A stretch of 32,255 bases of DNA from assembly GCA_020631175.1 (NCBI GenBank), contig JAHDHT010000012.1, positions 4,494 to 36,748 on the forward strand, in the 5' to 3' direction. Both the position numbers and the translations under genes were made by a program. Below are positions 21,180 through 30,919 of the stretch, in pieces. The notes below the pieces were generated by a model, which saw nothing but the letters and a program-made list of their open reading frames with translations, did not search any database and had not been told where the DNA came from. The stretch is from Chitinophagales bacterium (GTDB lineage: Bacteria > Bacteroidota > Bacteroidia > Chitinophagales > JAHDHT01). Each line of letters opens with the position of its first letter. Positions within the stretch are counted from its first letter, which is position 1.

Positions 21180-23795
21180 TTAAAAATCAAAAGTGGTTCT
21201 AACAAATACTCTTCTTGGAAGAATAGGTCTTCCAACAAAGAAGTCACCTGTTCCAACCTGTGAATCACCTTGTCTAGGAGAACCTTCAGTAATTCCGGCT
21301 TCATCCAGTAAATTGAAAACAGAAACGCCAACTCTTAAGCTTTCGTTAGTTCCTAAATAAAATCTATATCCTGCATCTAAACGAACAATATTAAATCCGT
21401 CTAATTCAACAGTATTTGCATCATTAGCAAACTTACTTCCAAGAAAGTTACTTGATACGTTTAAATCGAATCCATTGTCATCATATGCAAGACCTACCAT
21501 ACCCATAACGTTTGGTTGTCTTCTTAATTCATTTCCAACCAAATCCGGATCATTTTCAACTTCAGTAAATTCGTGATCCTGGAAAGTAAAGTTTCCATAT
21601 GCGTTCAATCCTCTTGTTATATTGTAATTTACATTAGCTTCAACTCCAATAGTCTGAGTACTTTGAACCGAAACAACTTCAGATAAAACTCCATCTACAT
21701 CAACGAAGTCAACATTTCTTCTGTCTCCTAATGCAACATAGAATGCAGCTGCTGTAAATGCAAGCGCATTTTGCCCGTATTTCACACCAACTTCACCTTG
21801 AATAATTGATTCTGTATCATATGTCTCAGTTTCACTTAAGCTGCTAAAATCATCTGTTGAAACAAAGCTTACAGATCTTAATTGAGGGAAGAAATAACCT
21901 CTCGAAACATTAGCATATAAATTGGTAGAATTACTAAGTCTGTATAAAGCAGCCAAAGCTAAAGCGAAGTCACTTGCTGAAACAGTTGCTCTTTGATATA
22001 CATTAGAACCAACGCCAACTTCACGATTTATAAAGCCCGATGCTCTTTCCCATCTTGCTCCAATATCAATATCTAATTTTTCACCTTTAATTTCATCGCC
22101 AATAAAGAAAGCAACTTTACTACTTTCATGATCTCTGTTCGACGTTTGACTGCCCGATACAAAACCATTGGTAGCATGTTGAACAACATTGCCTGCAGTA
22201 TCAGTTAAAGTAATATTTAACATACGAGGTGCATTTCTGAAATCACCTACAAAGAAAGAAAGCCAGTTATCATCTGCAGCCTTTGTATTGGCTAAGAAAG
22301 TACCAAAGCTAATATTATGGTTGTCAATTGTTTTTGTTAAATACGTTTCACCGGAAAGTTCTTCCATTGGTCTTCTTCGATCTAAAATTCTGTTTCTGAA
22401 TACTAAATCGTTTTCTCCTAATGCTGATCCGTCATCTGCATATGTAAATACACCGCTTGTAAATTGATCTCCACTTAAGCCAACATATGTGTCTGCACTT
22501 ATAGGAGAATTAGCATAGTTTCCATCACCATCTAAGAATAAGTTAAACCAGTGGTCATATTTAGCTGCTTTAGATTTGTGATATAATCTCCAATCATTAC
22601 CGAATGAATGTTTTAAATCAAACATTAAATAACCACCTGTAGTAGTCACACCGTCACCAATAGGTGATTCAAATCTTCCGAACGGAGTGTCAAAAGAAAA
22701 ATTAGCTGCATTACTTGTTTGTAAAGTAAAAACTTCTTCTCCATCGTTTCCAATAGGTCTTTCTCTTTGATCGTTTTCATTAGCCAAAGGATAAGGCAGA
22801 TAGAACTGAACATTATCATCTATAAATTGACCTGAAACTATAAATGAAGAATTTCCATCATTAAATAATTTTTTAATGTTACCTCTTATCTGATGTCCCC
22901 GAGTTGGTAAACCGGTAAATAGAGGGCCTTCATCATAACGGTAAAAACCAGAGAAAGCATAGAACAAGTTTTCGCTAAGAGGACCACTTGTTAAGAAATC
23001 CGTTCTTAATCGGCCACCATCTGCCCATTCTAATTGTACTTTATTATCGTGTTCAGCTGAACCGGTTACACTTGTATAATTAATGATACCGGCTACACTT
23101 CCTGCACCAAACAAAGTAGAAGAACCACCTCTTACAAATTCAAGATTTCTTATTCCAAGATCATTTCTGAAATAAACATCATGTGCTGATGAGTTTAATC
23201 CGAATGTGCTTAAAACAGGTAATCCATCGACCTGAAGTGGTGTATATTGATATTGACCGCCGGAAGGCATACCTCTAACGAAAACATTAGAAGCAACTTC
23301 TCCACCACCACCTTCAGCAGTAATTCCCGGAATTGTTCTTAAAATATCTGCCTGCGAATTACTTGCCAGTTGTTCAAGACGTTTTGAATTAATTAATGTA
23401 ACCGACATAGGAGAGTCTTTTTGTGTTCGCTCACTAAATGTACCGGTTACTACAATTTCATCTAAAGATAAATTGTCGAGTCCCATTCTAACATCAGAAG
23501 TATAAGCTTTTCCGTCTTCGACAGTCAGTGTCGCTTGTTGAGTAGAATAACCGATGTAAGAATAAACTAAAGTCTGTGTACCTGCCGGCACCATAAGTGT
23601 GTAGTTTCCATTAAGATCAGTAGAAGTTCCAATTGTTTTTCCTTTCACAACTACTGTAACACCAATTAATCCCTCGCCGTTGGCATCTTTAACAGACCCC
23701 GAAACGGTTCCCTGAGCAAAGCTGAATAAGCTAAAACAAATAAAGAAAAAGCTTAAAAGGATGTAGTTAAAAAGAATTGGTTTAGTTCGTTTCAT
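21180..23795 (-). CDS. TonB-dependent outer-membrane receptor with N-terminal CarboxypepD_reg-like domain (no adjacent SusD)
   Basis: Signal peptide, then 'GTVSGSVKDANGEGLIGVTVVVKGKTIGTSTDLNGNYTL', a plug region ('SPMSVTLI', 'DILRTIPGIT', 'VFVRGM'), and a beta-barrel ending 'RRVFVRTTFDF'. Confidence 0.9.
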   Translation of the reverse strand: MKRTKPILFNYILLSFFFICFSLFSFAQGTVSGSVKDANGEGLIGVTVVVKGKTIGTSTDLNGNYTLMVPAGTQTLVYSYIGYSTQQATLTVEDGKAYTSDVRMGLDNLSLDEIVVTGTFSERTQKDSPMSVTLINSKRLEQLASNSQADILRTIPGITAEGGGGEVASNVFVRGMPSGGQYQYTPLQVDGLPVLSTFGLNSSAHDVYFRNDLGIRNLEFVRGGSSTLFGAGSVAGIINYTSVTGSAEHDNKVQLEWADGGRLRTDFLTSGPLSENLFYAFSGFYRYDEGPLFTGLPTRGHQIRGNIKKLFNDGNSSFIVSGQFIDDNVQFYLPYPLANENDQRERPIGNDGEEVFTLQTSNAANFSFDTPFGRFESPIGDGVTTTGGYLMFDLKHSFGNDWRLYHKSKAAKYDHWFNLFLDGDGNYANSPISADTYVGLSGDQFTSGVFTYADDGSALGENDLVFRNRILDRRRPMEELSGETYLTKTIDNHNISFGTFLANTKAADDNWLSFFVGDFRNAPRMLNITLTDTAGNVVQHATNGFVSGSQTSNRDHESSKVAFFIGDEIKGEKLDIDIGARWERASGFINREVGVGSNVYQRATVSASDFALALAALYRLSNSTNLYANVSRGYFFPQLRSVSFVSTDDFSSLSETETYDTESIIQGEVGVKYGQNALAFTAAAFYVALGDRRNVDFVDVDGVLSEVVSVQSTQTIGVEANVNYNITRGLNAYGNFTFQDHEFTEVENDPDLVGNELRRQPNVMGMVGLAYDDNGFDLNVSSNFLGSKFANDANTVELDGFNIVRLDAGYRFYLGTNESLRVGVSVFNLLDEAGITEGSPRQGDSQVGTGDFFVGRPILPRRVFVRTTFDF

Positions 23796-23888
23796 AGCAT
23801 AATGTATTAGTTAAAAGATTTATTTCTGTCAGCTCTGAGGTAATTGCTGATTTAAAATTACATCTAACACCAATGAAAAAATTGGTAG

Positions 23889-23917
23889 TATTCTATCGAT
23901 TAATAACACTATTCTAT
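23889..23917. promoter_or_regulatory. Candidate AraC-type operator: 8-bp direct repeat TATTCTAT spaced 21 bp start-to-start
   Basis: TATTCTAT occurs at 23889-23896 and 23910-23917, in the divergent intergenic region between the TonB receptor operon and the AraC-family gene. A near-consensus minus-strand -7 box TAATTTTA lies at 23853-23860. Confidence 0.3.
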
Positions 23918-23961
23918 AAATAATTTATTATTTTAATATAAGCCAATTAGATTTAAGTGCT

Positions 23962-24819
23962 ATGAAGCCGGAATATGAAAAAATATTTGACCCCATAGAG
24001 AAGTCTTTTGTTGTTAAACAAATCAAACGAGCGAACCGTCCTTTATTAAGTCAGGCCTGGCATTTCCATCCAGAAATTGAAATATGTTTTACAAAGAAAA
24101 GTAATGGTAAACGTTTTGTTGGAAATCAAATTTCAGATTATAGGGAAGGTGATCTGGTGCTACTAGGAAGCAACTTGCCGCACGGATTTACTACAGATGA
24201 TTATTGTGATCAAATTGTAATTCAGTTAAATGAAGATTTTCTTGGAAGAACCTTTATTAATAAACCGGAATTAAGAAGTGTCAAATCTTTGTTTAGTCGC
24301 GCTAAAAGAGGACTTGAATACAAAGAGACTGTTAAAAAGAAAGCCACTAAACTCATCAGCAAGATTGTAAAAAAGAATGGATTTAATCAGTTGATATATC
24401 TATTGGAGCTGCTCAAGCATCTTGCAGATTCTAATGATGTTGAAGAAATTTGCACCAAAGAATATGCGGTGGACTTTAAAGAATCTGAGTTAAGCCGTAC
24501 AAAATTGGTATATGCTCATATAATGGAAAACTTCAGAAAGGATGTAAGTGTAAAAGAAATTGCTGAGAAACTGAATATTTCAGAAGCAAGTTTTTACAAG
24601 TTTATAAAAAAGCAAACAAGTAAAACCTATACCCAGATAGTTAATGAGTTTAGAGCTAACTACGCAAGTAAGTTATTAATTAGCACCGATAAAACAATTG
24701 CACAAATCTGTTTTGAATCTGGATATAATAATGTTTCTTATTTTAATAGAAAATTTAAAAAGATCATGGATCTGACGCCGGGAGAATTCAGAAAACAGTT
24801 TTCTAAAAGGCAAAACTAG
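23962..24819 (+). CDS. AraC/XylS-family transcriptional regulator (cupin-like sensor + HTH)
   Basis: N-terminal 'WHFHPEIEICF...GDLVLLGSNLPHGF' (cupin) and C-terminal 'ICFESGYNNVSYFNRKFKKIMDLTPGEFRK' (AraC HTH). Confidence 0.9.
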   Translation: MKPEYEKIFDPIEKSFVVKQIKRANRPLLSQAWHFHPEIEICFTKKSNGKRFVGNQISDYREGDLVLLGSNLPHGFTTDDYCDQIVIQLNEDFLGRTFINKPELRSVKSLFSRAKRGLEYKETVKKKATKLISKIVKKNGFNQLIYLLELLKHLADSNDVEEICTKEYAVDFKESELSRTKLVYAHIMENFRKDVSVKEIAEKLNISEASFYKFIKKQTSKTYTQIVNEFRANYASKLLISTDKTIAQICFESGYNNVSYFNRKFKKIMDLTPGEFRKQFSKRQN

Positions 24820-24830
24820 ATTTTAGTTTA

Positions 24831-24869
24831 TTTTTTTGTGGATGGAAGGATAATTCATTCCACAAAAAA
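24831..24869. terminator. Hairpin flanked by T/A runs downstream of the AraC gene
   Basis: TTTTTTTGTGGA-(16 nt)-TCCACAAAAAA. Only the 5 central bp contain G/C, so the hairpin is weak. Confidence 0.45.
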
Positions 24870-25023
24870 TATTGTGCAAAGCCCTTATTTTCAGGTTGTT
24901 AGCGTAATATTTCACCACCATTTGTAATCTGCTCTACATTTTGTTTAAGAAATTTGCATAAAAGCTAAACAAAATGATGCCATAGATAGTTAATTGGATA
25001 TTTAACCAAATTCATAAAAATCT

Positions 25024-25977
25024 ATGACAAATTCTTTTTTAGCCAAAATGATGGCTTTCTTCATGATCTGCGGTGTTGTTACATTTACTTCATGTACTGA
25101 AGATGATGGTGGTGACACTCCGGTAATTGAACTTAATGTAGTTGAAACGGCACAAGACGATGCTCAATTTTCGACTTTAGTTGATGCTTTAGTAAAAGCT
25201 GATCTCGTTAATACATTAAATGACGGAACCTACACCGTTTTCGCACCAACGAATGCAGCGTTTAATCAGCTTTTTACAGATTTAGGTGTAAGTGGCTTAG
25301 ACGATTTATCGGCTGCAACTTTAACACCTATTCTATTATATCATGTTGTTGCGGGTGATGTTAGAAGTACTGACTTAACTTCTGGTTATGTTGGAACAGC
25401 AAGTACCGGACCTAATAATCAAGCTCTTAAACTTAAAGTAGAAGTAGAAAATGGTGTTACTTTAGATAATGCAGTTAATGTTACAAGTGCTGATGTAGTC
25501 GCAACAAACGGTGTGATTCATGTAATAGATGAAGTTTTATTACCGAACAATGTTGTTAATATCGCTTTACAGAACAGCAATTTTACTTCATTAGTTGCTG
25601 CATTAACAAGAGCAGATTTATCGTTTGATTTTGTAGACTTTTTAAGTGGTGACGGTCCGTTTACCGTATTTGCACCAACCAATGATGCATTTCAGGCATT
25701 GCTTGATAGTAATGATCAATGGAATTCTTTAAACGACATTGATGTAACTACGCTTGATGCTGTTTTAAAATACCATGTAATAAGTGGTACAAACTTTGAA
25801 AGTGGGGCACTTTCTGATAATCTTGTAGGTACTACTGCAGGAGGAAATGAGTTTACCATTAACACGGCGAACGGAGTAACTGTAACTGATCCAAATGGAA
25901 CTTCGAATGTAGTTTTGGCGGATGTACAAGGAACAAACGGTGTCGTTCACGTGATCGACAGAGTATTAATACCTTAA
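25024..25977 (+). CDS. Fasciclin (2x FAS1) domain lipoprotein
   Basis: Lipobox 'VTFTSC'. Two FAS1 repeats, with 'FTVFAPTNAAF...NGVIHVIDEVLLP' and 'FTVFAPTNDAF...NGVVHVIDRVLIP'. Confidence 0.9.
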   Translation: MTNSFLAKMMAFFMICGVVTFTSCTEDDGGDTPVIELNVVETAQDDAQFSTLVDALVKADLVNTLNDGTYTVFAPTNAAFNQLFTDLGVSGLDDLSAATLTPILLYHVVAGDVRSTDLTSGYVGTASTGPNNQALKLKVEVENGVTLDNAVNVTSADVVATNGVIHVIDEVLLPNNVVNIALQNSNFTSLVAALTRADLSFDFVDFLSGDGPFTVFAPTNDAFQALLDSNDQWNSLNDIDVTTLDAVLKYHVISGTNFESGALSDNLVGTTAGGNEFTINTANGVTVTDPNGTSNVVLADVQGTNGVVHVIDRVLIP

Positions 25978-26008
25978 TTTACCTCATAATATAAAATTTT
26001 GGTTTTGG

Positions 26009-26041
26009 AGAGATGGCTTTTTTAAGTCATCTCTTTTTTTA
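26009..26041. terminator. Bidirectional intrinsic terminator between convergent genes
   Basis: AGAGATGgCTT-tttt-AAGtCATCTCT (11-bp stem with one mismatch), followed by a T-run on the plus strand and preceded by an A-rich tract for the minus strand. Confidence 0.65.
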
Positions 26042-26049
26042 TTACCCTT

Positions 26050-26595
26050 TTATCGGGTAGATTTCCAAATCATATAAATCAAAAGTGGAGCTAAGAAAAA
26101 TGGAAGTGCAGTATACAAGCCGGGAAAATAGCCGCCGGATTTAATTGAAAAGATAACATGCATTATTGCATTTATTAATCCACCAAAAATGATAAAGAAA
26201 ATTGCTATTAATTGCGGGCCCTGAATTTTCAATTCCATACATGCTCCGCTAAAAGCATAAAATAAAAGAGCGATCATATTCGAAATAACAAACTGATCAG
26301 CAGGGTAGGGTTCAGCTCCAAACAAGGCCGGGAATGCTTCATTATAACCGGTTAAATATTCTTCTGCAAAATGAATTGCCTGCCATCCAACCCCCAAAAG
26401 ATAGAGTGGTAAAATAAATTTACCTTCCGGATGTTTTTTGAAAACGGTAAGTAAATAAAATATATAGGAAATTATCATTCCCGGAACAAAAGTGACAATC
26501 ATTGATAATCCTTTAGATGCAACTACGAAAACAATAATCATGGTAATCGCAAAAAAGGTTGGAACGATAAATTTCGGATGAAGGTAGTTTTTCAA
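26050..26595 (-). CDS. HXXEE-domain integral membrane protein (function unknown)
   Basis: About 6 TM helices and an 'AIHFAEEY' (HxxEE) motif. Starts 8 nt downstream of the DUF255 gene. Confidence 0.6.
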   Translation of the reverse strand: MKNYLHPKFIVPTFFAITMIIVFVVASKGLSMIVTFVPGMIISYIFYLLTVFKKHPEGKFILPLYLLGVGWQAIHFAEEYLTGYNEAFPALFGAEPYPADQFVISNMIALLFYAFSGACMELKIQGPQLIAIFFIIFGGLINAIMHVIFSIKSGGYFPGLYTALPFFLAPLLIYMIWKSTR

Positions 26596-26603
26596 AATCC
26601 TTT

Positions 26604-28700
26604 TTATTTATAGTTTATAAGAGGTAAGGCATCTGATACTTCTGTTACCGGAAACTTACATACTTTATTCTGACAAACATAAATGGTTGTTTGCCCATCC
26701 TGTAATTTCATTTTTAATAAATCAAGACTTCCTTCATTTTTTCCACCCAAAAAAATAGCATTGGGAATAAATTCCTTACCCAGATCTAATCGTAACTTTT
26801 TGTAATCGTTTCCAACAACTGCAATTTCATAAGGCGCAAAATTTGTCATTGTGGCAACCTGAAGCCAGTTAGAAAAAAAACGAGGTTGTCTTTTTATATC
26901 TTCAATTACATTATTCAACATTTGTTTTCCGGCATCTATATATGCTTGTTTATATAAAAGGGTTCCAAGCTTAATTAAATTTTCTGCCATAACAGAATTC
27001 CCACACGGAATAACATTGTCGTTCCAATCCTGATCGCGTACAATTAATGGATCATCTTCATCAGAAGTGAAGAAAAACCCTTTCGATTGATCATCGTAAA
27101 AGTGATCCTGAGCATATTTTACATATTCTTCTGCCTTGTATAGCCACTTTTCATCGAATGTTGCCTGATATAATTGAATAAATGCGTCTGCAACTAATGC
27201 ATAGTCTTCAATAAATGCATTTATGGTAGCCTTACCGTTCTTATATGTTCTTGTGAGTCGACTATTATCATGCGTGCATTTCTTAGATATAAATTCTGCA
27301 TTTTTTAAAGCCGCGTCCAGAAATTTTTGCTCACCGAAAGTTGTATAAGCATCAACGTATCCTTTAAGCATTAATGCATTCCATCCGGTTAAGACTTTAT
27401 CGTCAGTTCCCGGACGAATTCGTTTTTCACGTTCGGCCATTAACTTCATTTTTGAGCGTTTTATTAATGCTCTGAGTTCTTCAACAGATATAGAAAGAGA
27501 TTTTGCACTCGCTATTTCATCTAAAGGTTCAACGAAAATATTGTGTTCTTCAAAATTTCCTCTTTCAGAAACAGCATAATGTTTTACAAATGCTTTTGTA
27601 TCTTCACCTAAAAGACCTTCTACTTCTTCTAAAGACCAAACATAAAATTTACCTTCTTCTCCTTCACTATCTGCATCAAGAGAGGAATAAAAACCCCCTT
27701 CATCGTTTGTCATTTCACGTTCCACCCATTCTAAGGTTTCATAAACAACATCTTTGTATAGCTGTTTTTGTTCAAAAGTATAGGCCTTACTGTATAAGCT
27801 CACAAGCTGACCGTTATCGTATAACATTTTCTCAAAATGCGGTACAAGCCATATAGCATCCGTTGAATATCTTGCAAAACCTCCACCCAAATGATCATAA
27901 ATTCCACCCATTGCCATATTATCGAGCGTTACTAAAACCGCTTCTTTAGCTTTAGAATTATTTTTTAAATATGCATAATCCATTAAATACTCCCAATTGG
28001 TTGGCATCGGGAATTTCGGAGCGCGTGCAGATCCTCCACCTTCAAAATCAATATCTTCCGTCCACTTTTTAAATACATCATTTAAATAGTCATCACTTAC
28101 ATTTAATTCATTTTCATTAAATAGAACTACATTATTTCCTTTCAGTCCTTGTTCCAGTTTTGCAGCATCATCTAATAATTTTTCTTTGTCATTCTTCCAG
28201 GCATTAATAAAATAGTCAAGAATTTTCATCCACTGATCTTTGGGATAATATGTACCTCCGAAAACCGGTCTTCCATCCGGTAAAGCAATTGCATTTAAAG
28301 GCCAGCCTCCGCGACCGTTCGTCATATAGGCTGCCATCATGTAAATATTGTCAACATCAGGTCGTTCTTCACGATCAACTTTAATAGAAACAAAATTTTC
28401 GTTCATCAAAGAAGCTACAGTGCTATCTTCAAAAGATTCGTGTTCCATTACATGACACCAATGGCAAGCTGCATATCCCACGCTGATAATCATTAATTTA
28501 TCTTCTTCTTTAGCCTGATTTAATGCCTCTTTATCCCATGGTTGCCAATCAACCGGGTTATGCGCATGTTGCAATAAATATGGAGAGGATTCATTCACCA
28601 ATCGATTAGTGTATTCGTGTTTATTCTGATCCTGCATCCGTCCTGAACTACATCCGGTTATTAAAAAGAGAAGTAAAAATAAAAGTAATTGCTTCGGCAT
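26604..28700 (-). CDS. Thioredoxin-domain protein of the DUF255/YyaL/SPATA20 family (Trx-like N-domain + (alpha/alpha)6 barrel), predicted lipoprotein
   Basis: '[17 protein letters not shown]', '[16 protein letters not shown]', '[18 protein letters not shown]', 'GGWPLN'. N-terminal '[12 protein letters not shown]' lipobox. Confidence 0.9.
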   Translation of the reverse strand: MPKQLLLFLLLFLITGCSSGRMQDQNKHEYTNRLVNESSPYLLQHAHNPVDWQPWDKEALNQAKEEDKLMIISVGYAACHWCHVMEHESFEDSTVASLMNENFVSIKVDREERPDVDNIYMMAAYMTNGRGGWPLNAIALPDGRPVFGGTYYPKDQWMKILDYFINAWKNDKEKLLDDAAKLEQGLKGNNVVLFNENELNVSDDYLNDVFKKWTEDIDFEGGGSARAPKFPMPTNWEYLMDYAYLKNNSKAKEAVLVTLDNMAMGGIYDHLGGGFARYSTDAIWLVPHFEKMLYDNGQLVSLYSKAYTFEQKQLYKDVVYETLEWVEREMTNDEGGFYSSLDADSEGEEGKFYVWSLEEVEGLLGEDTKAFVKHYAVSERGNFEEHNIFVEPLDEIASAKSLSISVEELRALIKRSKMKLMAEREKRIRPGTDDKVLTGWNALMLKGYVDAYTTFGEQKFLDAALKNAEFISKKCTHDNSRLTRTYKNGKATINAFIEDYALVADAFIQLYQATFDEKWLYKAEEYVKYAQDHFYDDQSKGFFFTSDEDDPLIVRDQDWNDNVIPCGNSVMAENLIKLGTLLYKQAYIDAGKQMLNNVIEDIKRQPRFFSNWLQVATMTNFAPYEIAVVGNDYKKLRLDLGKEFIPNAIFLGGKNEGSLDLLKMKLQDGQTTIYVCQNKVCKFPVTEVSDALPLINYK

Positions 28701-28724
28701 AAATGTGAAGATAAGGATAAAGGT

Positions 28725-29933
28725 TTAAGCTATTCTAGAGCTTATCAAGATCGTGTTTTGAAGCGTTTTATGCACCGGACATTTACCTGCTATTTCCATT
28801 AGTCGTAACTTTTGTTCATCACTTAAATTACCTTCAAGATTAATTAAACAATCAAAAAAATCTATTTTGGCATTTTTATCTTCACAGTTCGCGCAATCAT
28901 TAGCATAGCGTCTGCTGTAATCGATGTGAACCGTACATTCTTTCAAATCCCATTTTTTTCTTCTGGCATACATTTGCATGGTCATAACTTTACAGGAGGC
29001 AAGTGCTGAAGATAGAAGTTGATAGGGGGAAGGACCCATATCTTCACCACCTAAATCTTCAGATTCATCGGCAATGATCGAATGATCTCCGGCAATAACC
29101 TCAGTCGTATATCCATCATTTCCCAATCGTGCAGCAACTTGTTTGTCTGTCTTAATCTTTTCCGTTTTAGGTTTGTCGACATAACGGGTAAGCCATGAAG
29201 CTACCAGATCACCGACATAATGTGCATCATTTCTGGTGCTCAACATATGATCAGCTCCATCGAGAGAAACAAAACTTTTCGGGTGAAAAGCTGCTTTGTA
29301 AATTTCGGCTGCATTTTCAATTCCGACAATTGTATCCTGAGGCGAATGCATAACGAGTATTGGTTTTTTGAGCTCGTGCAAGATCCGGTACATATCTTTA
29401 CTTTTCAAATCATCAAGAAACTGTTTCTTAATGGTGAAACTTCTACCGCCGATATTCACTTTAGCCTTACCAGAATGCTCAATTTGTTCTATTTTTTCCT
29501 CTAGAAGATGAGAAACATGTTCAGGCTCTGAAGGTGCACCAATCGTTGCAACAGCTTTCACATGTTCCAGCTTTGATGCAGCGAATATTACCGCAGCACC
29601 TCCTAAAGAATGCCCAACCAATAATTCCGGCGCACGGTAATGTAATTCCAGATATTCAGAGGCTGCAATAATATCTTCCACATTAGAACTGAAATTAGTA
29701 TCAGCAAAATCCCCTTCACTTTCGCCCAGACCAGTGAAATCAAAACGCAGAACAGCAATGCCATGCTGAATCAAACACCGAGATATATATTTAGTGGCAA
29801 TTAGATTTTTACTTCCGGTAAATACATGAGCCAAAATAGCATAAGCATGCACTTCCTGATTTAACGGCACATCCAGCAAAGCTGAGAGCTGATAGCCATT
29901 TCTATTTTCAAACCGAATTTTCTTACTCTTCAT
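28725..29933 (-). CDS. Alpha/beta-hydrolase fused to an OsmC/Ohr-family domain
   Basis: Nucleophile elbow 'GHSLGG'. C-terminal OsmC signatures 'GPSPYQLLSSALASCKVMT' and 'AGKCPVHKTL' (the two family cysteines). Confidence 0.85.
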   Translation of the reverse strand: MKSKKIRFENRNGYQLSALLDVPLNQEVHAYAILAHVFTGSKNLIATKYISRCLIQHGIAVLRFDFTGLGESEGDFADTNFSSNVEDIIAASEYLELHYRAPELLVGHSLGGAAVIFAASKLEHVKAVATIGAPSEPEHVSHLLEEKIEQIEHSGKAKVNIGGRSFTIKKQFLDDLKSKDMYRILHELKKPILVMHSPQDTIVGIENAAEIYKAAFHPKSFVSLDGADHMLSTRNDAHYVGDLVASWLTRYVDKPKTEKIKTDKQVAARLGNDGYTTEVIAGDHSIIADESEDLGGEDMGPSPYQLLSSALASCKVMTMQMYARRKKWDLKECTVHIDYSRRYANDCANCEDKNAKIDFFDCLINLEGNLSDEQKLRLMEIAGKCPVHKTLQNTILISSRIA

Positions 29934-30040
29934 TCAACGATAGATTTTGTGATTCAAAATACTTAATACTTTATAAAAAATATGTCGTTTATACGGAACT
30001 AAAATACTGAATTTTCAGTAATTATTGAAAATACCATAAG

Positions 30041-30898
30041 ATGGAAGCACAAAATTCAATTATCCGTTTTTATGAAGAGGCTACAATAGATTATGCTTTA
30101 TGGAGCTCTTCATTTAATATGCACTTTGGCTATCTGAAGCAATGGAAAGACTTTTTCAGTCTCGAAAAAATGTTAAATCAGTTAAGTGACTGCGTATTTA
30201 ATAAGCTGCAGATTTCAGAAGAATCGCAAAGTAGTGTTTTTGATTTAGGCTGTGGTGTTGGTGCAGTGAGCCGGTATCTTGCAGCTAAATACAAAAATGT
30301 CACCTTTAAAGGATTTACGATTACTCCATGGCAAATTGCCTTTTCAGAAGAAAAAGACAATCCTGAAAATGTAGATCTTACGGTTGGAGATTTTACCAAC
30401 TTACCGGTCGAAGCAAATGTAGCAGACGGAGTGTTAAATATTGAAAGCGCTTGTTATGCTTCAGGAAAAGACAAAAGTGATTTGGTAAATGAAGTATACA
30501 GAATTCTCAAACCGGGCTCCAAATGGGTTGTTGCGGATGGTTTTTTAAAAACAAATAAGAAAATGCCTTTTTGGTTAAATTGGTTTTATAAAAAAAATAT
30601 GGAAGGATGGGCTTTAGATGAAATGGCTCAAATTAAAGACTTTTTGAAAGCATTGGAAAAAGCAGGATTTACAAATGTTGAGGCTGAAGATGTCTCTTGG
30701 AGAGTGGCACCTTCTTTTCTCCATATTCCAAAAACTGTCTTGAAGTTCTTTTGGAAAAGATTAACCGGTACAGATAAAAGTCCTTTAAACAGATCCAGAA
30801 TATTAAATGCAATTGTTCCTTTATATGGAATGGCGATGGGCTTAAGCAGATCTTACTTTAGTTATTACATAGTTACAGCACAAAAACCAAATAAATGA
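30041..30898 (+). CDS. Class I SAM-dependent methyltransferase (Methyltransf_11; SMT/ERG6-RebM-like layout), substrate unknown
   Basis: 'FYEEATIDYALWSSSFNMHFGY' N-terminal motif, SAM motif I 'VFDLGCGVGAVS', 'VLNIESACYA', 'RILKPGSKWVVAD'. Confidence 0.8.
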   Translation: MEAQNSIIRFYEEATIDYALWSSSFNMHFGYLKQWKDFFSLEKMLNQLSDCVFNKLQISEESQSSVFDLGCGVGAVSRYLAAKYKNVTFKGFTITPWQIAFSEEKDNPENVDLTVGDFTNLPVEANVADGVLNIESACYASGKDKSDLVNEVYRILKPGSKWVVADGFLKTNKKMPFWLNWFYKKNMEGWALDEMAQIKDFLKALEKAGFTNVEAEDVSWRVAPSFLHIPKTVLKFFWKRLTGTDKSPLNRSRILNAIVPLYGMAMGLSRSYFSYYIVTAQKPNK

Positions 30899-30919
30899 CT
30901 ATTTTGAAATAAAAAAAGA

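Noticed and set aside
23840-23861. AT-rich inverted repeat GTAATT-(10 nt)-AATTAC upstream of the TonB receptor, superficially similar to TTAATTAC-(10 nt)-GTAATTAA downstream of it (21143-21168). I considered these as a repeated element flanking the gene.
   Set aside because: The stems are only 6-8 bp and almost all A/T, and the flanks do not align. The match is too weak to call a REP/MITE-like element.
26873-26880. Homopolymer tracts (A8 at 26873-26880 in the DUF255 gene; T8 at 17923-17930 in glycerate kinase) as possible phase-variation switches.
   Set aside because: Runs of 8 A/T are common in DNA this AT-rich. The genes are housekeeping-like and intact, and the tracts encode ordinary Phe/Lys pairs.
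29956-30035. Three copies of AAAATAC(T/C) (29956, 30001, 30028) and the small palindrome CTGAA-tt-TTCAG (30006-30017) in the divergent region between the hydrolase-OsmC operon and the methyltransferase.
   Set aside because: These are short AT-rich words with irregular spacing (45 and 27 bp) in an AT-rich intergenic region. That is within chance expectation, and no cognate regulator gene is adjacent.
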